This document shows positions 1 to 10,866 of a DNA stretch of 64,000 nucleotides, piece by piece. The stretch's first letter is position 1. Each line of letters begins with the position of its first letter. This stretch comes from an uncultured virus (IMG/VR IMGVR_UViG_3300035682_000022) (lineage: Duplodnaviria > Heunggongvirae > Uroviricota > Caudoviricetes). Both the position numbers and the translations under genes were made by a program. The notes beneath the pieces were generated by a model. It was not told where the DNA came from. It did not search any database and saw only the letters and a list, made by a program, of their open reading frames with translations. Location: IMG/VR virus record IMGVR_UViG_3300035682_000022. The stretch is one strand, 5' to 3'.

Positions 1-1034
1 ATTTAGGAGAAGAGTATAAAGATGAAACAGAAGGCGAAATCGCAAAACACCTCGCAGACTGGGCAAAGGCAGTTACGCACTATACGAAACAGTTTGCCAA
101 GGAAATCACAACCGAGTCAGTCTCAATTCCACAATCCGAATTGGATCAAATCTCTAAGAAACAAGCCGCTCAATTTCAAGCGTTTTTTTCGATCAGAATA
201 AACTCAATTTCTTCTGAAATAAATTCTATACTTGGTTTAATTAAAAGAGATTGCGTTGACTTAGGTGATATGTTTTATAATAATTACTTAGTCCCTGCAA
301 TGACTTTTAAGTCTAAATTAATAGAACCAATAATGACAGACATTAATACAACTGCTTTTGCAAAGAACGCACCTATGCTAACGGGCGAAATGGTAGTTGC
401 TAGTAATGCAATAGTTGGTAACCTTGGTTCTGTAACTACTGATCTTGTAGAAAAAAGAATAAATTTAGGCAAAAGAATGAGAGCCTATTTAGAGCTTTTG
501 CGACTAAAAAGAAGATATATTAATTACATAATTCAATTAGAAGCTTTTGCGGTTCAAAGAACAGTTGCATTAGCTTTTCCAACAGCAGATGATGTAATCA
601 GATATAATGAAATTTTTGATCAAATATATGTAGACAATTCAAAGAGAGAAAATCTTAGGTCTTCTCACAATGACTTGGATGATCTGGACGGCGATGCCCA
701 CCCTCAATATTTAAGAGCTGACGGCGGAACAATAAAGGGCGACATAACTATTCAAAATGGGGCGAAGATAGATGGCGTTAGCTTGGCAAATCATAGTCAC
801 AATTTTGTTGATGGAAGCAACCCCATAAGTGCAAGCTCAATAGATTATGAATCTGCAAGACAAGATTATTATGATAACGTTGATAATAAACCATATTCAA
901 ACTTAGTATTATCCGGTTTTGACGCTGTTCAAAAAATAGGTGGAGGACACGAATATAGTGCCACCTTTGAAATTGAGGTAGATGATGATAAGATTAGCAC
1001 TTATGATTTTGAGATTCTTTACAAAGAGCTGTAA
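1..1034 (+). CDS. 5'-truncated virion-associated protein (baseplate/tail region)
   Basis: The frame of ORF 141..1034 is open back to base 3. Its HNDLDDLDGDAHPQYLRADG motif recurs as HGSMTGLSDDDHTQYLRTDG in the fibre at 14259. Confidence 0.6.
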   Translation, partial: LGEEYKDETEGEIAKHLADWAKAVTHYTKQFAKEITTESVSIPQSELDQISKKQAAQFQAFFSIRINSISSEINSILGLIKRDCVDLGDMFYNNYLVPAMTFKSKLIEPIMTDINTTAFAKNAPMLTGEMVVASNAIVGNLGSVTTDLVEKRINLGKRMRAYLELLRLKRRYINYIIQLEAFAVQRTVALAFPTADDVIRYNEIFDQIYVDNSKRENLRSSHNDLDDLDGDAHPQYLRADGGTIKGDITIQNGAKIDGVSLANHSHNFVDGSNPISASSIDYESARQDYYDNVDNKPYSNLVLSGFDAVQKIGGGHEYSATFEIEVDDDKISTYDFEILYKEL

Positions 1035-1036
1035 CT

Positions 1037-2014
1037 ATGTCTTGGTTTAATTATTACACTACATCAGGACTAACAACGTCCATCAAGCCTCCTATTAGAA
1101 GATCAATATCTTTTCCAGCTCTTGCTGATAATCTGAAGGTAAATGATTGGATTCATGCTCCACTAGGTGAGTTGAATATAGGTCAGGTCTTTACCTCGTC
1201 AAGTAACGTTATTCAGCAATCTTTTGATCAAGATTCATATTTGGTCACATACGAAACTGCAACGTCGACGACTGCTACTTACTCTTATATCGACGCTAAT
1301 AATAATCTATACTTTAAATCTTTAACAAATGTAAACGCAGGGTCAAGACCAGATGGTGCATATTACATTTATTATCATAGTGACAATGTTCAGTACATAT
1401 CCTTGATTGGCAGCAACTATGTCAGAACAGTAAATCCATCTGGTTTAAATTTCATGGGATCTCTTACTGGCTCTGGATCTAATCTTGTTAGTTATTATTC
1501 TCATTCCGTAGTAGCCGGATCCTCAAATGTTCGAGTTTCTCAAATTACTTATTTGGGAGATCCAGGAATATGGGTTAATGGAAAAACCCAAACTGCAGGA
1601 GCAAAAGTTCTAGGAAATTTTGATGGTCCAAAACTAATTATCTATGGAGATAAAGGTCCAGACAAAGGAAAGATAAACCTTAAAATAATTAAGACCTCTA
1701 CAACAACAAGTGGGCAATCAGTAGTCTATACTTCAAATGGAATAGACCTTTATAGTACAAATGCTGTTGTGGACACTCCAATATTTACTATAGATTTAAA
1801 TACCGAAACTTCTGTTACGGGCTTAAGTGCATATGATGATTATTATGGTTCCTTTTCCTATGAGATTGAAGTACTTGCAACCAAGAACCAAGCTTCTAGT
1901 GGAACTGGAGTTTCCATCACAAAACATGCGTACAGTAAAAATTATAAACTTTCTTTCAATAGAGAAGAGATAGATCCTTCAATATCTTTTACGAGCACCG
2001 GAGTAATACGATGA
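1037..2014 (+). CDS. Hypothetical structural protein, Ser/Thr/Tyr-rich
   Basis: 325-aa ORF tightly coupled to both neighbours; its TGA overlaps the next ATG (ATGA). Confidence 0.6.
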   Translation: MSWFNYYTTSGLTTSIKPPIRRSISFPALADNLKVNDWIHAPLGELNIGQVFTSSSNVIQQSFDQDSYLVTYETATSTTATYSYIDANNNLYFKSLTNVNAGSRPDGAYYIYYHSDNVQYISLIGSNYVRTVNPSGLNFMGSLTGSGSNLVSYYSHSVVAGSSNVRVSQITYLGDPGIWVNGKTQTAGAKVLGNFDGPKLIIYGDKGPDKGKINLKIIKTSTTTSGQSVVYTSNGIDLYSTNAVVDTPIFTIDLNTETSVTGLSAYDDYYGSFSYEIEVLATKNQASSGTGVSITKHAYSKNYKLSFNREEIDPSISFTSTGVIR

Positions 2015-3868
2015 CAATTATTAAAAAAACAATTACACGGACTTAAGCCAGACGCTAACTATCTATTTGCTCTTAAGCCTAAGAATACTGAGATAGTAGC
2101 TGTAGATGATTTACCAGAAACTATACGAGTAAAAACTCCAGCAGTTTTGTCCGTACCATCAACCATAACTGGTTTTGGAGTTGCGGCAAATTTTGAAACA
2201 GTAATGTTTTATTTTAATCCAGTTAATGACATTGACCTAGATTCATATGCATATCAGCTATATGACGACCCTGCAGGAACGGGAACTCCAGTAGCAACTG
2301 GTAAAAACAAAGCTAACGTATTTACAATCTCAGTAACTAACTCTACTGATTCTACTCCTAAAACATATTATGGAAGAGTTGCAGTAGTTAATAGTGCTGG
2401 AACAGTGGGCGCATATACCAGTCTGGTTTCTTCTGGTGCAACTCCATTAATTGGGGAACAATATATTTCTAGCTTAACTGCAGCAAAAATTACTGCAGGA
2501 ACAATAGGTGCACACACAATAACTTTAGGTGGAGTAACCTCTGTTATTAAATCTTCTACATATAATGGATCTTTTGATGGAACTCAATGGACAACCGGAA
2601 GTGCTGGGTGGTTGATATCTGGTTCTGGTCAAGCTATTTTTGATTCATCTCAAATAAGAGGTTCAATAGCAGCGGCATCAATAAACTTAAACGCGCATAA
2701 CTATTGGCTTCCAAATGCAGGAACGCCAATTTTTAAAGTTGGCAATGCAACTAATTTTTTTGAATGGGATGGAACCAACGTAAAGACTACTGGAACGGTA
2801 ATTACCAACGCTACAGTTTCTGGTGGAACAGTTGGAGGAGTTAACGCAGGCACAAATAAAATATTTTTAGGAACTGGAACATACGCAAACGCAGATACTC
2901 CTTTTTATGTAGACACATCTAGTAGATTTTCTTTAGGGGATAAGTTAGCTTTTGATGGGACTAATCTTTCTATTGCTGGAAACGTAACTATAGGTTCTCA
3001 GACAGCAACCGCAATAAGTGGAGCAGTAACTACAGCAAACGACGCAGCAACAGCAGCAGCAGCAGCGCAAGTTACAGCAGATGGCAAAATAAATGGAGCA
3101 GCAGTTAATGCAAACGTAACTTCAATATCTGGAGGCGTAATTACAACTGGAGCAATACAATCCAATAATTTTAATTGGAATGGCACCGATACATATTCAA
3201 CTGCAGGTACTGGAATTTATTTATCTAACGGACAAATCATTTCTAAAAATTTTAAAATAGATGGATCTGGAAACGCTTCGTTTCGAGGAACTATAACTGC
3301 GGCAGCAGGAACAATTGGTGGTTATACAATTGGTGAAACATCACTAACGACAACTGCCGGTTCTAGTTCGTTTGGCAAATATTCTAGCGTATCAATAAAT
3401 TCAAATGGATTAATTAATAGCTATTATCAAGATATTACAATTTTTAGTACTCTATATGAAAATGTTAAAATAAATGGTTACGCAGACGGCGGTTCTGGAG
3501 CAATAAATATTACAGGCACGGCGAACGCCGGTAGTTTTTCAGAAAGATGGTATACATCTTATGGGGTACATAACCCATCAGATATTAGATTAAAAAATAT
3601 AATTGAAGAAGACGTTAATGCACTAAACCTTATTAATAACGTTCAAACTACAAAATTTGTTTTTAAAAACGATGAAACAGAGCGTCAACATTTTGGATTT
3701 ATTGCACAGCAAATGAATGAACATATCCCCAATGCTGTTATACCCGGAGGAGAAGATCCAACTAAGCAGGCTTGGGGTATTGTGCAAGAAACGCTTATCC
3801 CATATCTTGTGAAATCAATACAACAATTATCTGCAAAAGTTGAACAACTAGAATCTCGTCTGGTATAA
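2011..3868 (+). CDS. Tail fibre/spike with N-terminal FN3-like region and C-terminal peptidase S74 intramolecular chaperone; +1 frameshift at CGG 2038
   Basis: ATG 2011 reads MTIIKKTIT-CGG-ACT-TAA; the +1 frame from GGA 2039 runs into ORF 2147..3868. The join gives TITGLKPDANYLF (FN3-like). C-terminal SDIRLKNI...GFIAQQ...coiled coil matches S74. Joined length 618 aa. Confidence 0.8.
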
Positions 3869-3869
3869 T
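3861..3869 (+). promoter_or_regulatory. Extended -10 promoter (TGGTATAAT), possibly leaderless
   Basis: TGnTATAAT ends 8 nt before ATG 3877; no Shine-Dalgarno sequence is evident. Confidence 0.5.
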
Positions 3870-3876
3870 CTTGTAC

Positions 3877-4062
3877 ATGAATGAATCAAATTTAGACATC
3901 AACCTTATAGTTCAATCTTTTCAAGAAAGAATTGGATTATTGATAACAGAAGTAGTAGTTAAAGAAGCGACAATCAAGCAGCTTACTATGCAGCTTCAGC
4001 AAAAGCAAGAACAATCAGATGGGTTCGATATGCCCGCAGAAACCGTAAAGAGAGTAAAATAA
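3877..4062 (+). CDS. Small coiled-coil hypothetical protein
   Basis: ORF 3871..4062, ATG at 3877 preferred; stop overlaps the next start. Confidence 0.6.
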   Translation: MNESNLDINLIVQSFQERIGLLITEVVVKEATIKQLTMQLQQKQEQSDGFDMPAETVKRVK

Positions 4063-4274
4063 TGACAAAAAAATCAGTATTACCAGAAGAGCTGGCAGAG
4101 CAGGTAGAAGAAGCTCTTGTTGCTGAAAAAGAAATGAATATCACCATTAAGATTACTAACTCTAATCTTTCTTACAAGAGTGATTTTACAGAACCAGAGA
4201 CAGTTTTTTGGCTTGAAGCTATTAAAGATATTATTATCAAGAAGACATTTCAAGAGTCCGAAAGACAAAGCTGA
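4062..4274 (+). CDS. Small hypothetical protein
   Basis: 70-aa ORF coupled to the upstream gene (TAATG). Confidence 0.6.
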   Translation: MTKKSVLPEELAEQVEEALVAEKEMNITIKITNSNLSYKSDFTEPETVFWLEAIKDIIIKKTFQESERQS

Positions 4275-4294
4275 ATTTAAAGAATAATAAACTG

Positions 4295-4300
4295 TACTAT
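4295..4300 (+). promoter_or_regulatory. Putative late-promoter motif TACTAT (one of seven copies upstream of genes)
   Basis: TACTAT at 4295, 7149, 10882, 25320, 31740, 32052 and 35786, each ending 26-51 nt before a start codon. Confidence 0.55.
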
Positions 4301-4336
4301 ACAGTATTATCTTTAGAATTTGGAGCTAATTAGCTT

Positions 4337-6010
4337 ATGGCACTACGTCAATATTTACCTTTCCAGAAATCTGAGTTGTCTGAGTTCGACTTTGAATCAG
4401 CTCAGCTAGCTCCAGATAAAATTGGATCACTGAGCAAAGCAATGAGAGTCGCAGCTTTTGCTTTGGGCTATCGTGGCGTAAACTATTATTATACTGGAAG
4501 AACTAACTTTGAACCTTCTCCATATAACTTTGATAGAATAATACAGGCGATAGACACTGACTCATATGTCAAGCAGGCAATGGCCAAGTATCAAGACTTG
4601 TTTTGGAAAGAAGGTTGGCAGATTGTTGGGGAAAATCCAGAAGCTGTAGCCTACTTGTATCAGAGAATAGACTACATGGAAATGGCTATGAGAAGACCAT
4701 TTTTGGATTTTCTTATTGATTTATCTGATCAATTATTCAAATTTTCAAACGTGTTTATTGTTAAAGCTAGAGCTGATTTAGCAGAGTATTTTCCTAAGGC
4801 ATTAGAGCCAGTAGGTGCTGCACAGCCAGTTGTTGGATATTATCTGATACCAACTGAGCAAGCAAGAATCCTAAGAGACAAGCACAACAAGCCAAAAGCA
4901 TATTTGCAGAGAACTAATCCAATGACTTACGCGCCCACGGACAGAGATCCTAAGTGGCCAGCTGAAAGTGTTATACATTTATTCTTTGACAGAAAACCGG
5001 GAAGAATATTTGGTACTCCATTCTTAGCAAACGTTTTGGATGATGTTGTTGCATTGCGACAGATCGAAGAAGACATTCAGAACCTAGTGCATAGAGAATT
5101 GTTCCCGCTTTATAAATACAGAATCGGAACTGCAGATCAGCCAGCTGAGCCAGAAGAAATAGATCAAGCAGCAATAGAGATTGAAAACCTTAGAGCTGAA
5201 GGTGGTTTAATCCTTCCATTCAGACATGACGTTGAAGTCATAGGTTCGCAAAACGCAGCACTTGATGCATCTAATTACTTGAATCACTTTAAAGAAAGAG
5301 TTGCAGTAGGACTTGGAGTTGCACCACATCACCTTGGAATGAGCATGGGTGGTGGCAATAGATCTGCTTCAGAAAGATTAGATACAGCACTGTACGATAA
5401 GATTAAGCATTTCCAAAAGCAATTTGCAGAAATGATAAGACTTAATGTTTTTAACGAAATATTATTTGAAGGTGGATTTGATCCAATAATTAACCCAATT
5501 GATTCATCTGTATCAGACAGATGCTATTTTAAATTTAACGAGATAGATGTTGACACTCAAGTTAAGAAAGAAACACATATAATACAAAAGTATGTAAACT
5601 CTCTTATCACCTTAGAAGAAGCAAGAATGAAGATTGGCGAAGACCCACAAGTCGATAAAGAAGATCTGTTTATGTCAGCACAAGGTCAGGTTCAGATTGA
5701 CGTTGGTGCCGCACAAGCAGATACTCAAGCAAAACTTCAGACTAGTAAAGATGTCGTTAAGGATGGAGATAAACAAACTCCAGCATCAAAAGGGCAAAGA
5801 AATATGCCTTCAAACAGAAAAGGTGCAGGAAATGTAATGAGACCACAAAATCAACAGGGTCGCTTAACTTCACCTAACATCAAGAGATCAGACTCTGCCT
5901 GGATTGGCATGGTTGAAAATCTTCTCGAAGAGCAGTATAATGTAGTGGTAGTAGAAGATCAAGAAGATCAACAACAAGAAAATGTAAATGAGGAAAAAAA
6001 TGTCAATTAA
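4337..6010 (+). CDS. Portal protein
   Basis: 557 aa upstream of protease and capsid genes; portal-like segments (VIHLFFDRKPGRIFGTPFL, VAVGLGVAPHHLG, ITLEEARMKIG); GGAG RBS. Confidence 0.8.
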   Translation: MALRQYLPFQKSELSEFDFESAQLAPDKIGSLSKAMRVAAFALGYRGVNYYYTGRTNFEPSPYNFDRIIQAIDTDSYVKQAMAKYQDLFWKEGWQIVGENPEAVAYLYQRIDYMEMAMRRPFLDFLIDLSDQLFKFSNVFIVKARADLAEYFPKALEPVGAAQPVVGYYLIPTEQARILRDKHNKPKAYLQRTNPMTYAPTDRDPKWPAESVIHLFFDRKPGRIFGTPFLANVLDDVVALRQIEEDIQNLVHRELFPLYKYRIGTADQPAEPEEIDQAAIEIENLRAEGGLILPFRHDVEVIGSQNAALDASNYLNHFKERVAVGLGVAPHHLGMSMGGGNRSASERLDTALYDKIKHFQKQFAEMIRLNVFNEILFEGGFDPIINPIDSSVSDRCYFKFNEIDVDTQVKKETHIIQKYVNSLITLEEARMKIGEDPQVDKEDLFMSAQGQVQIDVGAAQADTQAKLQTSKDVVKDGDKQTPASKGQRNMPSNRKGAGNVMRPQNQQGRLTSPNIKRSDSAWIGMVENLLEEQYNVVVVEDQEDQQQENVNEEKNVN

Positions 6011-6329
6011 AATAGTTTCAGAAATATCAAAGCAGTATCTCTTAAAAGAAGATGCTGTTGAAGGTTTTAAGGTAGCAGTAGAAAACGGTCAAACACGTTT
6101 GGCTCTTCAAGTTTTGGTTGATATCATTGACGGAATGATGGAAATTTTTGATTACGCTATGGAAGAAGTTGCTGAAGACGATAATATTATTGATGTTCCA
6201 GTAGCAGTATCATCTCCTGCGCAAGAGCCTATTAAGGTTGTTGAAGCTGTTGAAATTATTGAAGACAAAAAAGTGTCTGCAAAAAAAACAGCTGAAGTAA
6301 AAGAAGACTCTAAACAAACAGCAGAATAA
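6000..6329 (+). CDS. Hypothetical protein, acidic/low-complexity C-terminus
   Basis: ORF 5988..6329; ATG at 6000 follows a GAGG RBS. Confidence 0.55.
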   Translation: MSIKIVSEISKQYLLKEDAVEGFKVAVENGQTRLALQVLVDIIDGMMEIFDYAMEEVAEDDNIIDVPVAVSSPAQEPIKVVEAVEIIEDKKVSAKKTAEVKEDSKQTAE

Positions 6330-7090
6330 TGAAGTTAATAATAGGATGTCCAATTTACAAAAGAGATTGGATCTTACCACTTTGGTTTGCAGCACTTGAA
6401 AGACAGTCAATTCCTCTAAGTAAGATTGGTTTCATTTTTGAAACGTCACCAGACGATAAAGCAACTGTAAGAATGTTGAATTTGTGGAGACAGTATCATC
6501 CTGAAATTCCTTTGTTTGAAATAAGAGAACGAAACGATATACCTCACTATAATCACGAAGACAACTCAAGACAGTGGACTATTTCAAAATACGAAAATAT
6601 GGTAAATCTTAGAAACTCTCTTTTATCAAGAGTAAGAGAGCTTCAACCTGATTATTATTTTAGTCTTGATTCTGACATAATATTAAAAAACCCAAATACA
6701 TTAGAACTACTAATGGCACACATTGGTGATACAGCAGACGCAGTTAGTCCCTTAATGTTTATGACTCCTTTTGATACAAAATATCCAAGTGTCATGAATT
6801 GGATAGATCAAAAAGATTTTAGAGGTTATAGAAAAGACAATTACCCTTTGGGAAGTTATTTTAAATCTGATATAATAATGGCAGCTAAAATGATGTCTAA
6901 AGAGGTTTATAATAATATTGACTACGAGGTACATTCTCAAGGAGAAGACCTTGGTTGGTCAAAGAACGCAGCTTTAAAGGGTTATTCCTTATATTGTGCA
7001 AGTTATATATATGCTGCTCACATAATGCACGAGAATCTTTTGCCCCAGTTTCAACAAATGGGTGACAACAGAGAACTTATTACAATTTGA
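6329..7090 (+). CDS. GT-A fold (family 2-like) glycosyltransferase
   Basis: N-terminal IIGCPIYKR strand, YYFSLDSDII DxD motif, GEDLGW motif and late His. Confidence 0.75.
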   Translation: MKLIIGCPIYKRDWILPLWFAALERQSIPLSKIGFIFETSPDDKATVRMLNLWRQYHPEIPLFEIRERNDIPHYNHEDNSRQWTISKYENMVNLRNSLLSRVRELQPDYYFSLDSDIILKNPNTLELLMAHIGDTADAVSPLMFMTPFDTKYPSVMNWIDQKDFRGYRKDNYPLGSYFKSDIIMAAKMMSKEVYNNIDYEVHSQGEDLGWSKNAALKGYSLYCASYIYAAHIMHENLLPQFQQMGDNRELITI

Positions 7091-7193
7091 AAACTATATA
7101 AAAATATGATATCTTTATATAAAATTGTTTAATGTTATAAAAGTAAATTACTATATATTTCAAGCAATTAAATTATGCGCATATGGAGAACCA

Positions 7194-8886
7194 ATGAGTT
7201 TCGACTTTATAGAAAATTTCACAGTTAAACTTCCAGATTTCTCAAAAATGGATTTTTCATTTAAAGAATCATCTGATTCTAATCAAGGCTTAATCATTGA
7301 GGTTGCAGCCATACATGAAGGTTTAACACGGAAACTATAATAACTATTCTGCAGAGGCTTTAGAAAAAGCTTTGCAGTCTTGGGTAGAGCCTTACCCTAA
7401 GCCAATCATTCTCAATCACGATCTTAACTCTGAGCCCATAGGTAGAGTTATGGCAGCAAGAATGGATAAAGAAGAAGATGGTTCATCTTTTGTTCGTTTG
7501 CAGATTGCTATTACAGATCCAGTAGCTGTTCAAAAAGTTATGGATAAGAGATACTTGACAGGATCCGTTGGAGGAAGAGCTGGAAAAGCTGTGTGCTCAA
7601 TCAGTGGTGACGATCTTGCTAATCTTGACGAAAGCGGAAAGCCAAAGATGGCTCGCTTCAAAAGGGGTCAAGTATATAAGGGTAAGCTTGCTTTTATCGA
7701 TATGCAAGATATATCGTTTAAAGAGTATTCTTTTGTAAATCAGCCAGCAGACTCTAAGTCAAGCGTTAGAGCTGTTGCTACACCAGGATCAAATGCTATA
7801 TCAACATCTGATTCAGAGTGGGTAGCAAGAAGTTCAGCCTTTGTTCTTAGCATGGACAAGGAAGATATCTTTTCTGTAGAAGCAAACGAATCGCTTTTCG
7901 CAAATCTAAAAAGTAAAGAATCAAGACCTCTTTACTTGCACTTAAAAGGTGCATTTCTTTCCGCTATGGCTATACAGGAAAGTGAAAATTACATTAGTAC
8001 TAATGATGCATTACTATCTGATGAGAATGATAATAAAGATGTCCATGAGGAGAATCTCACTATGAATGAAAACGTCAAAGATAATGACATTTTGGCTACT
8101 GTAGAAGAATTAAGCCAAGACCTATCAACACTTTCTAATACAAAAGTTGAAGAGTCACAAGACCCAGAAACAGCACCGGAGGCTGAAGAGGTAGTTGAGG
8201 AAACCCCAGCTACTGAGGCTCCAGAAACTGAAGAGTCAATCAAGACCGAAGAAGATCAAGTAGTTGACGCTCTCAAAAAGGCAAACGAAAAAATTGCTGA
8301 ACTTGAAGCACAACTTGCAAAAGACTCATCGACAGCACCAGCTACTGATGAGCAAGAGTCTACTGAAACTGTGGAAAAAGCAGAAGTACCTACTGAAGAA
8401 GTGGTTGATTCCGCCAATGCCTCAGCTGAAGCAGAAACTCAAGCAACTGAAGAGTCTAATACAAACCTCACTGACGAAAAAGTAGTCTCTGAGCAAGATG
8501 TTGACGACGTTACCAAAAAACTTCAAGAGCTTGAAGAAGAAAACAAAAAACTCAAGAGCGCAATGCATAGAACTCTCGTCGAGAGAGTTGTTGATACAAA
8601 GATTGCAACTGGAATTGAATCCCATGAACTTAGAGAAGAACTTATTGGAGAGCACTTAACACGTAGCGCTACTTCACTAGCTGATTCATTAAGAGATCTT
8701 GCAAAACTTCCAATGGCTAAATCAGCCAAAGGAACAATGCCAGAAATTAACTCTGAACTTACTGTAGTTGAAGGTGAAGACAATGTCTACACTTTAGATA
8801 AGCAGGAAGATCTAGTTCAAGAAGATGAAATAAAAACTCCAGAGCAACTTTTTGTAGATGCTCTCATGGGTCGTCGTAAACTTTAA
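7194..8886 (+). CDS. Prohead protease with acidic scaffold C-terminus; +1 frameshift at CGG 7329
   Basis: ATG 7194 (GGAG RBS) reads ...AAIHEGLT-CGG-AAA-CTA-TAA; the +1 frame GGA AAC TAT... joins ORF 7372..8886 (PIILNHD...PIGRV, SVGG, KEYSFVNQPAD; Glu-rich tail). Joined length 563 aa. Confidence 0.8.
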
Positions 8887-8909
8887 TAATAATACAAGGA
8901 GAAAATTAA

Positions 8910-9677
8910 ATGAGTTTAGCAAAATTTCGTAAAGTTGGAACCAAGACCGGATCAGGTCGCTTTGTAGTTTCTGAGGGTATTGCCCCAGCAGCTTACTTGC
9001 TTCCAAGCCAAGGTCTTCCAACATGGTACACAGACAGTGAAGATGATCGTTTCGAGATCGTTATTCCAAAGGGAACCATTTTATCAGTCGTTGCTAATGC
9101 AAGCGGCGATGCAATGGTAGTTCCTGCCAATGGTACAGGTTCGTCACAAGCTTGGGGCGATACAATTTCCGGTTGGGATCCATTAGCAGGTGCAACGCCA
9201 ACTGCAACCCCATCAGGCGATACAGTTACTGTTGGTGCAAGATCAGTTCCAATTGGTGTTGCACAGTATGACCTTTACCGTCCATTCGATAAAGGTACCT
9301 CACAGGGTGCAGGTTTCATTACCCATGGTTACGTAGAGTACCCAATGGTAACAGGAATTAATGCTGACGTCACAGTCGGTTCGCTCATTAGAGCAGACCA
9401 CATGGGTCGCCCAGTAAAAGCAGCTACTACCAACTTCCTTAGTGGTAGCGATGTCTATTCTTACCTTCAAGTTGGTAAGGTCATAGAGGTAGAACAGTTT
9501 GCAACCAACTTTGATGATGGCTTGCTTTCCTACATGCAACTTCCTTCGGACCCAGGTGCTTTGAAGACCGTATTTGAACTTACGCGTTCAGGTGCTTATT
9601 CAGGCAAGCTTGGTATCCGTAGTAATTTGGATGTTACCAACGTAATTGGCGCATTCCGCGTTAATCTCACACTTTAA
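8910..9677 (+). CDS. Capsid decoration/cement protein
   Basis: 255 aa between protease/scaffold and major capsid gene; AAGGAG RBS. Confidence 0.6.
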   Translation: MSLAKFRKVGTKTGSGRFVVSEGIAPAAYLLPSQGLPTWYTDSEDDRFEIVIPKGTILSVVANASGDAMVVPANGTGSSQAWGDTISGWDPLAGATPTATPSGDTVTVGARSVPIGVAQYDLYRPFDKGTSQGAGFITHGYVEYPMVTGINADVTVGSLIRADHMGRPVKAATTNFLSGSDVYSYLQVGKVIEVEQFATNFDDGLLSYMQLPSDPGALKTVFELTRSGAYSGKLGIRSNLDVTNVIGAFRVNLTL

Positions 9678-9721
9678 TAAAATAAAAAAAGAAAAACACT
9701 AACAGAAGGAATAATCCTAAG

Positions 9722-10789
9722 ATGAGCAAAACAATCCAAGAGCTCCTCTCGGGTCTCCCAGCTTGGGAAGCCGCGCTGGCCGAAGACGGACACATTGACG
9801 AGAACAACAGAGTAACAATTAAGGAAGCATTTGCATCGTCAGACGCAGCTGCCCTTTTCCCTAAGGTTATCTCACGTACTCTTAGAGAAGCAGCAGAACC
9901 ACAATTATTGGTTACGCCACTTCTTTCAACAGTCCGTTTAGGAAAAGGACGCTCTTTGGAGTTTCCTGCAGTAAACGCAATTCAAGCTGCTGAGATCCCA
10001 GAAGGACAAGAATATCCAGAGCAGGCATTAGCCTTCGCAAAGCAGATTGAGGGCAAGGTATCCAAGAAGGGTGTCAAGCTTTCATTCACTGAAGAAGTCA
10101 TTGCTGATTCACTCTGGGACATTGTCGGTCTCCACGTAAGAGCTGCAGGACGTGCTATGGCCCGTCTTAAGGAGCAGATTGCATTGAGCCGTTTCAAAGA
10201 TGCTGCAACTATTGTTTTCGACAACGATGACATTACAAGCACATACGATAACACAACCGGTCTTGATATTGATGGCGTAGCCAACGATACCATTCGCTGG
10301 GATGACGTTGTTGACATGGCTGCTGTACTCATGGCAGAAAAGCATGTTCCTACAGACTTTATTCTTCACCCATTAATGTGGTCAGTATTCCTTAAGGATG
10401 CTATCTTCCACATGGGTGGCGCTGCATCTGCAGTCAACACCAGCTGGGGCTATCGTCCCGGAAACGCTGATGCTGCACTGAATGCAAGTGCTCCAATGGG
10501 ATTGAATGTTATTGTTTCACCTTTCGTAAGCTTCACAGCTAAGTCTGGTGCAACCGCAGCTAAGTCAGATCTTTTCTTGATCGACCGCAATGAGGTTGGA
10601 ACCATTCTTGTCAAGGATGACATGAGCACAGATCAGTTCGATGATCCTAGCCGTGACATTCGTCAGATGAAGATGAAAGAGCGTTATGACATCGTAATGC
10701 TTGGTGACGGTGAGGGTATCACAGTTGCTAAGAACGTTAGACTCGCTCGCAACTACGAGGTCAGTGTTACTAACAATATCGGTAACTAA
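9722..10789 (+). CDS. Major capsid protein (HK97 fold)
   Basis: 355 aa; AAEIPEGQEYP, KKGVKLSFTEEVIADS and PTDFILHP segments; synteny; followed by a strong terminator. Confidence 0.85.
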   Translation: MSKTIQELLSGLPAWEAALAEDGHIDENNRVTIKEAFASSDAAALFPKVISRTLREAAEPQLLVTPLLSTVRLGKGRSLEFPAVNAIQAAEIPEGQEYPEQALAFAKQIEGKVSKKGVKLSFTEEVIADSLWDIVGLHVRAAGRAMARLKEQIALSRFKDAATIVFDNDDITSTYDNTTGLDIDGVANDTIRWDDVVDMAAVLMAEKHVPTDFILHPLMWSVFLKDAIFHMGGAASAVNTSWGYRPGNADAALNASAPMGLNVIVSPFVSFTAKSGATAAKSDLFLIDRNEVGTILVKDDMSTDQFDDPSRDIRQMKMKERYDIVMLGDGEGITVAKNVRLARNYEVSVTNNIGN

Positions 10790-10826
10790 TAAACCTTAGG
10801 GTCCGTTATAGTTACGACACCCTAGT

Positions 10827-10866
10827 GACAGAGGAGTGGCTTTCGAGCCACTCCTCTGTTGTTATT
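10827..10866 (+). terminator. Intrinsic terminator after the major capsid gene
   Basis: Stem ACAGAGGAGTGGCT / AGCCACTCCTCTGT with TTCG loop and a T-rich tail. Confidence 0.85.

Noticed and set aside
2012..2014. TGA readthrough fusing 1037..2014 to the tail fibre (stop-codon reassignment)
   Set aside because: The frames match, but TAA, TAG and TGA all end genes normally here, the ATGA overlap is a typical coupled start, and the CGG shift gives the better FN3-like motif.
7194..8886. Frameshifted genes as pseudogenes of a decaying prophage
   Set aside because: All breaks share one signature and I saw no other indels or nonsense changes; random decay would not look like this. A systematic sequencing artefact remains possible.
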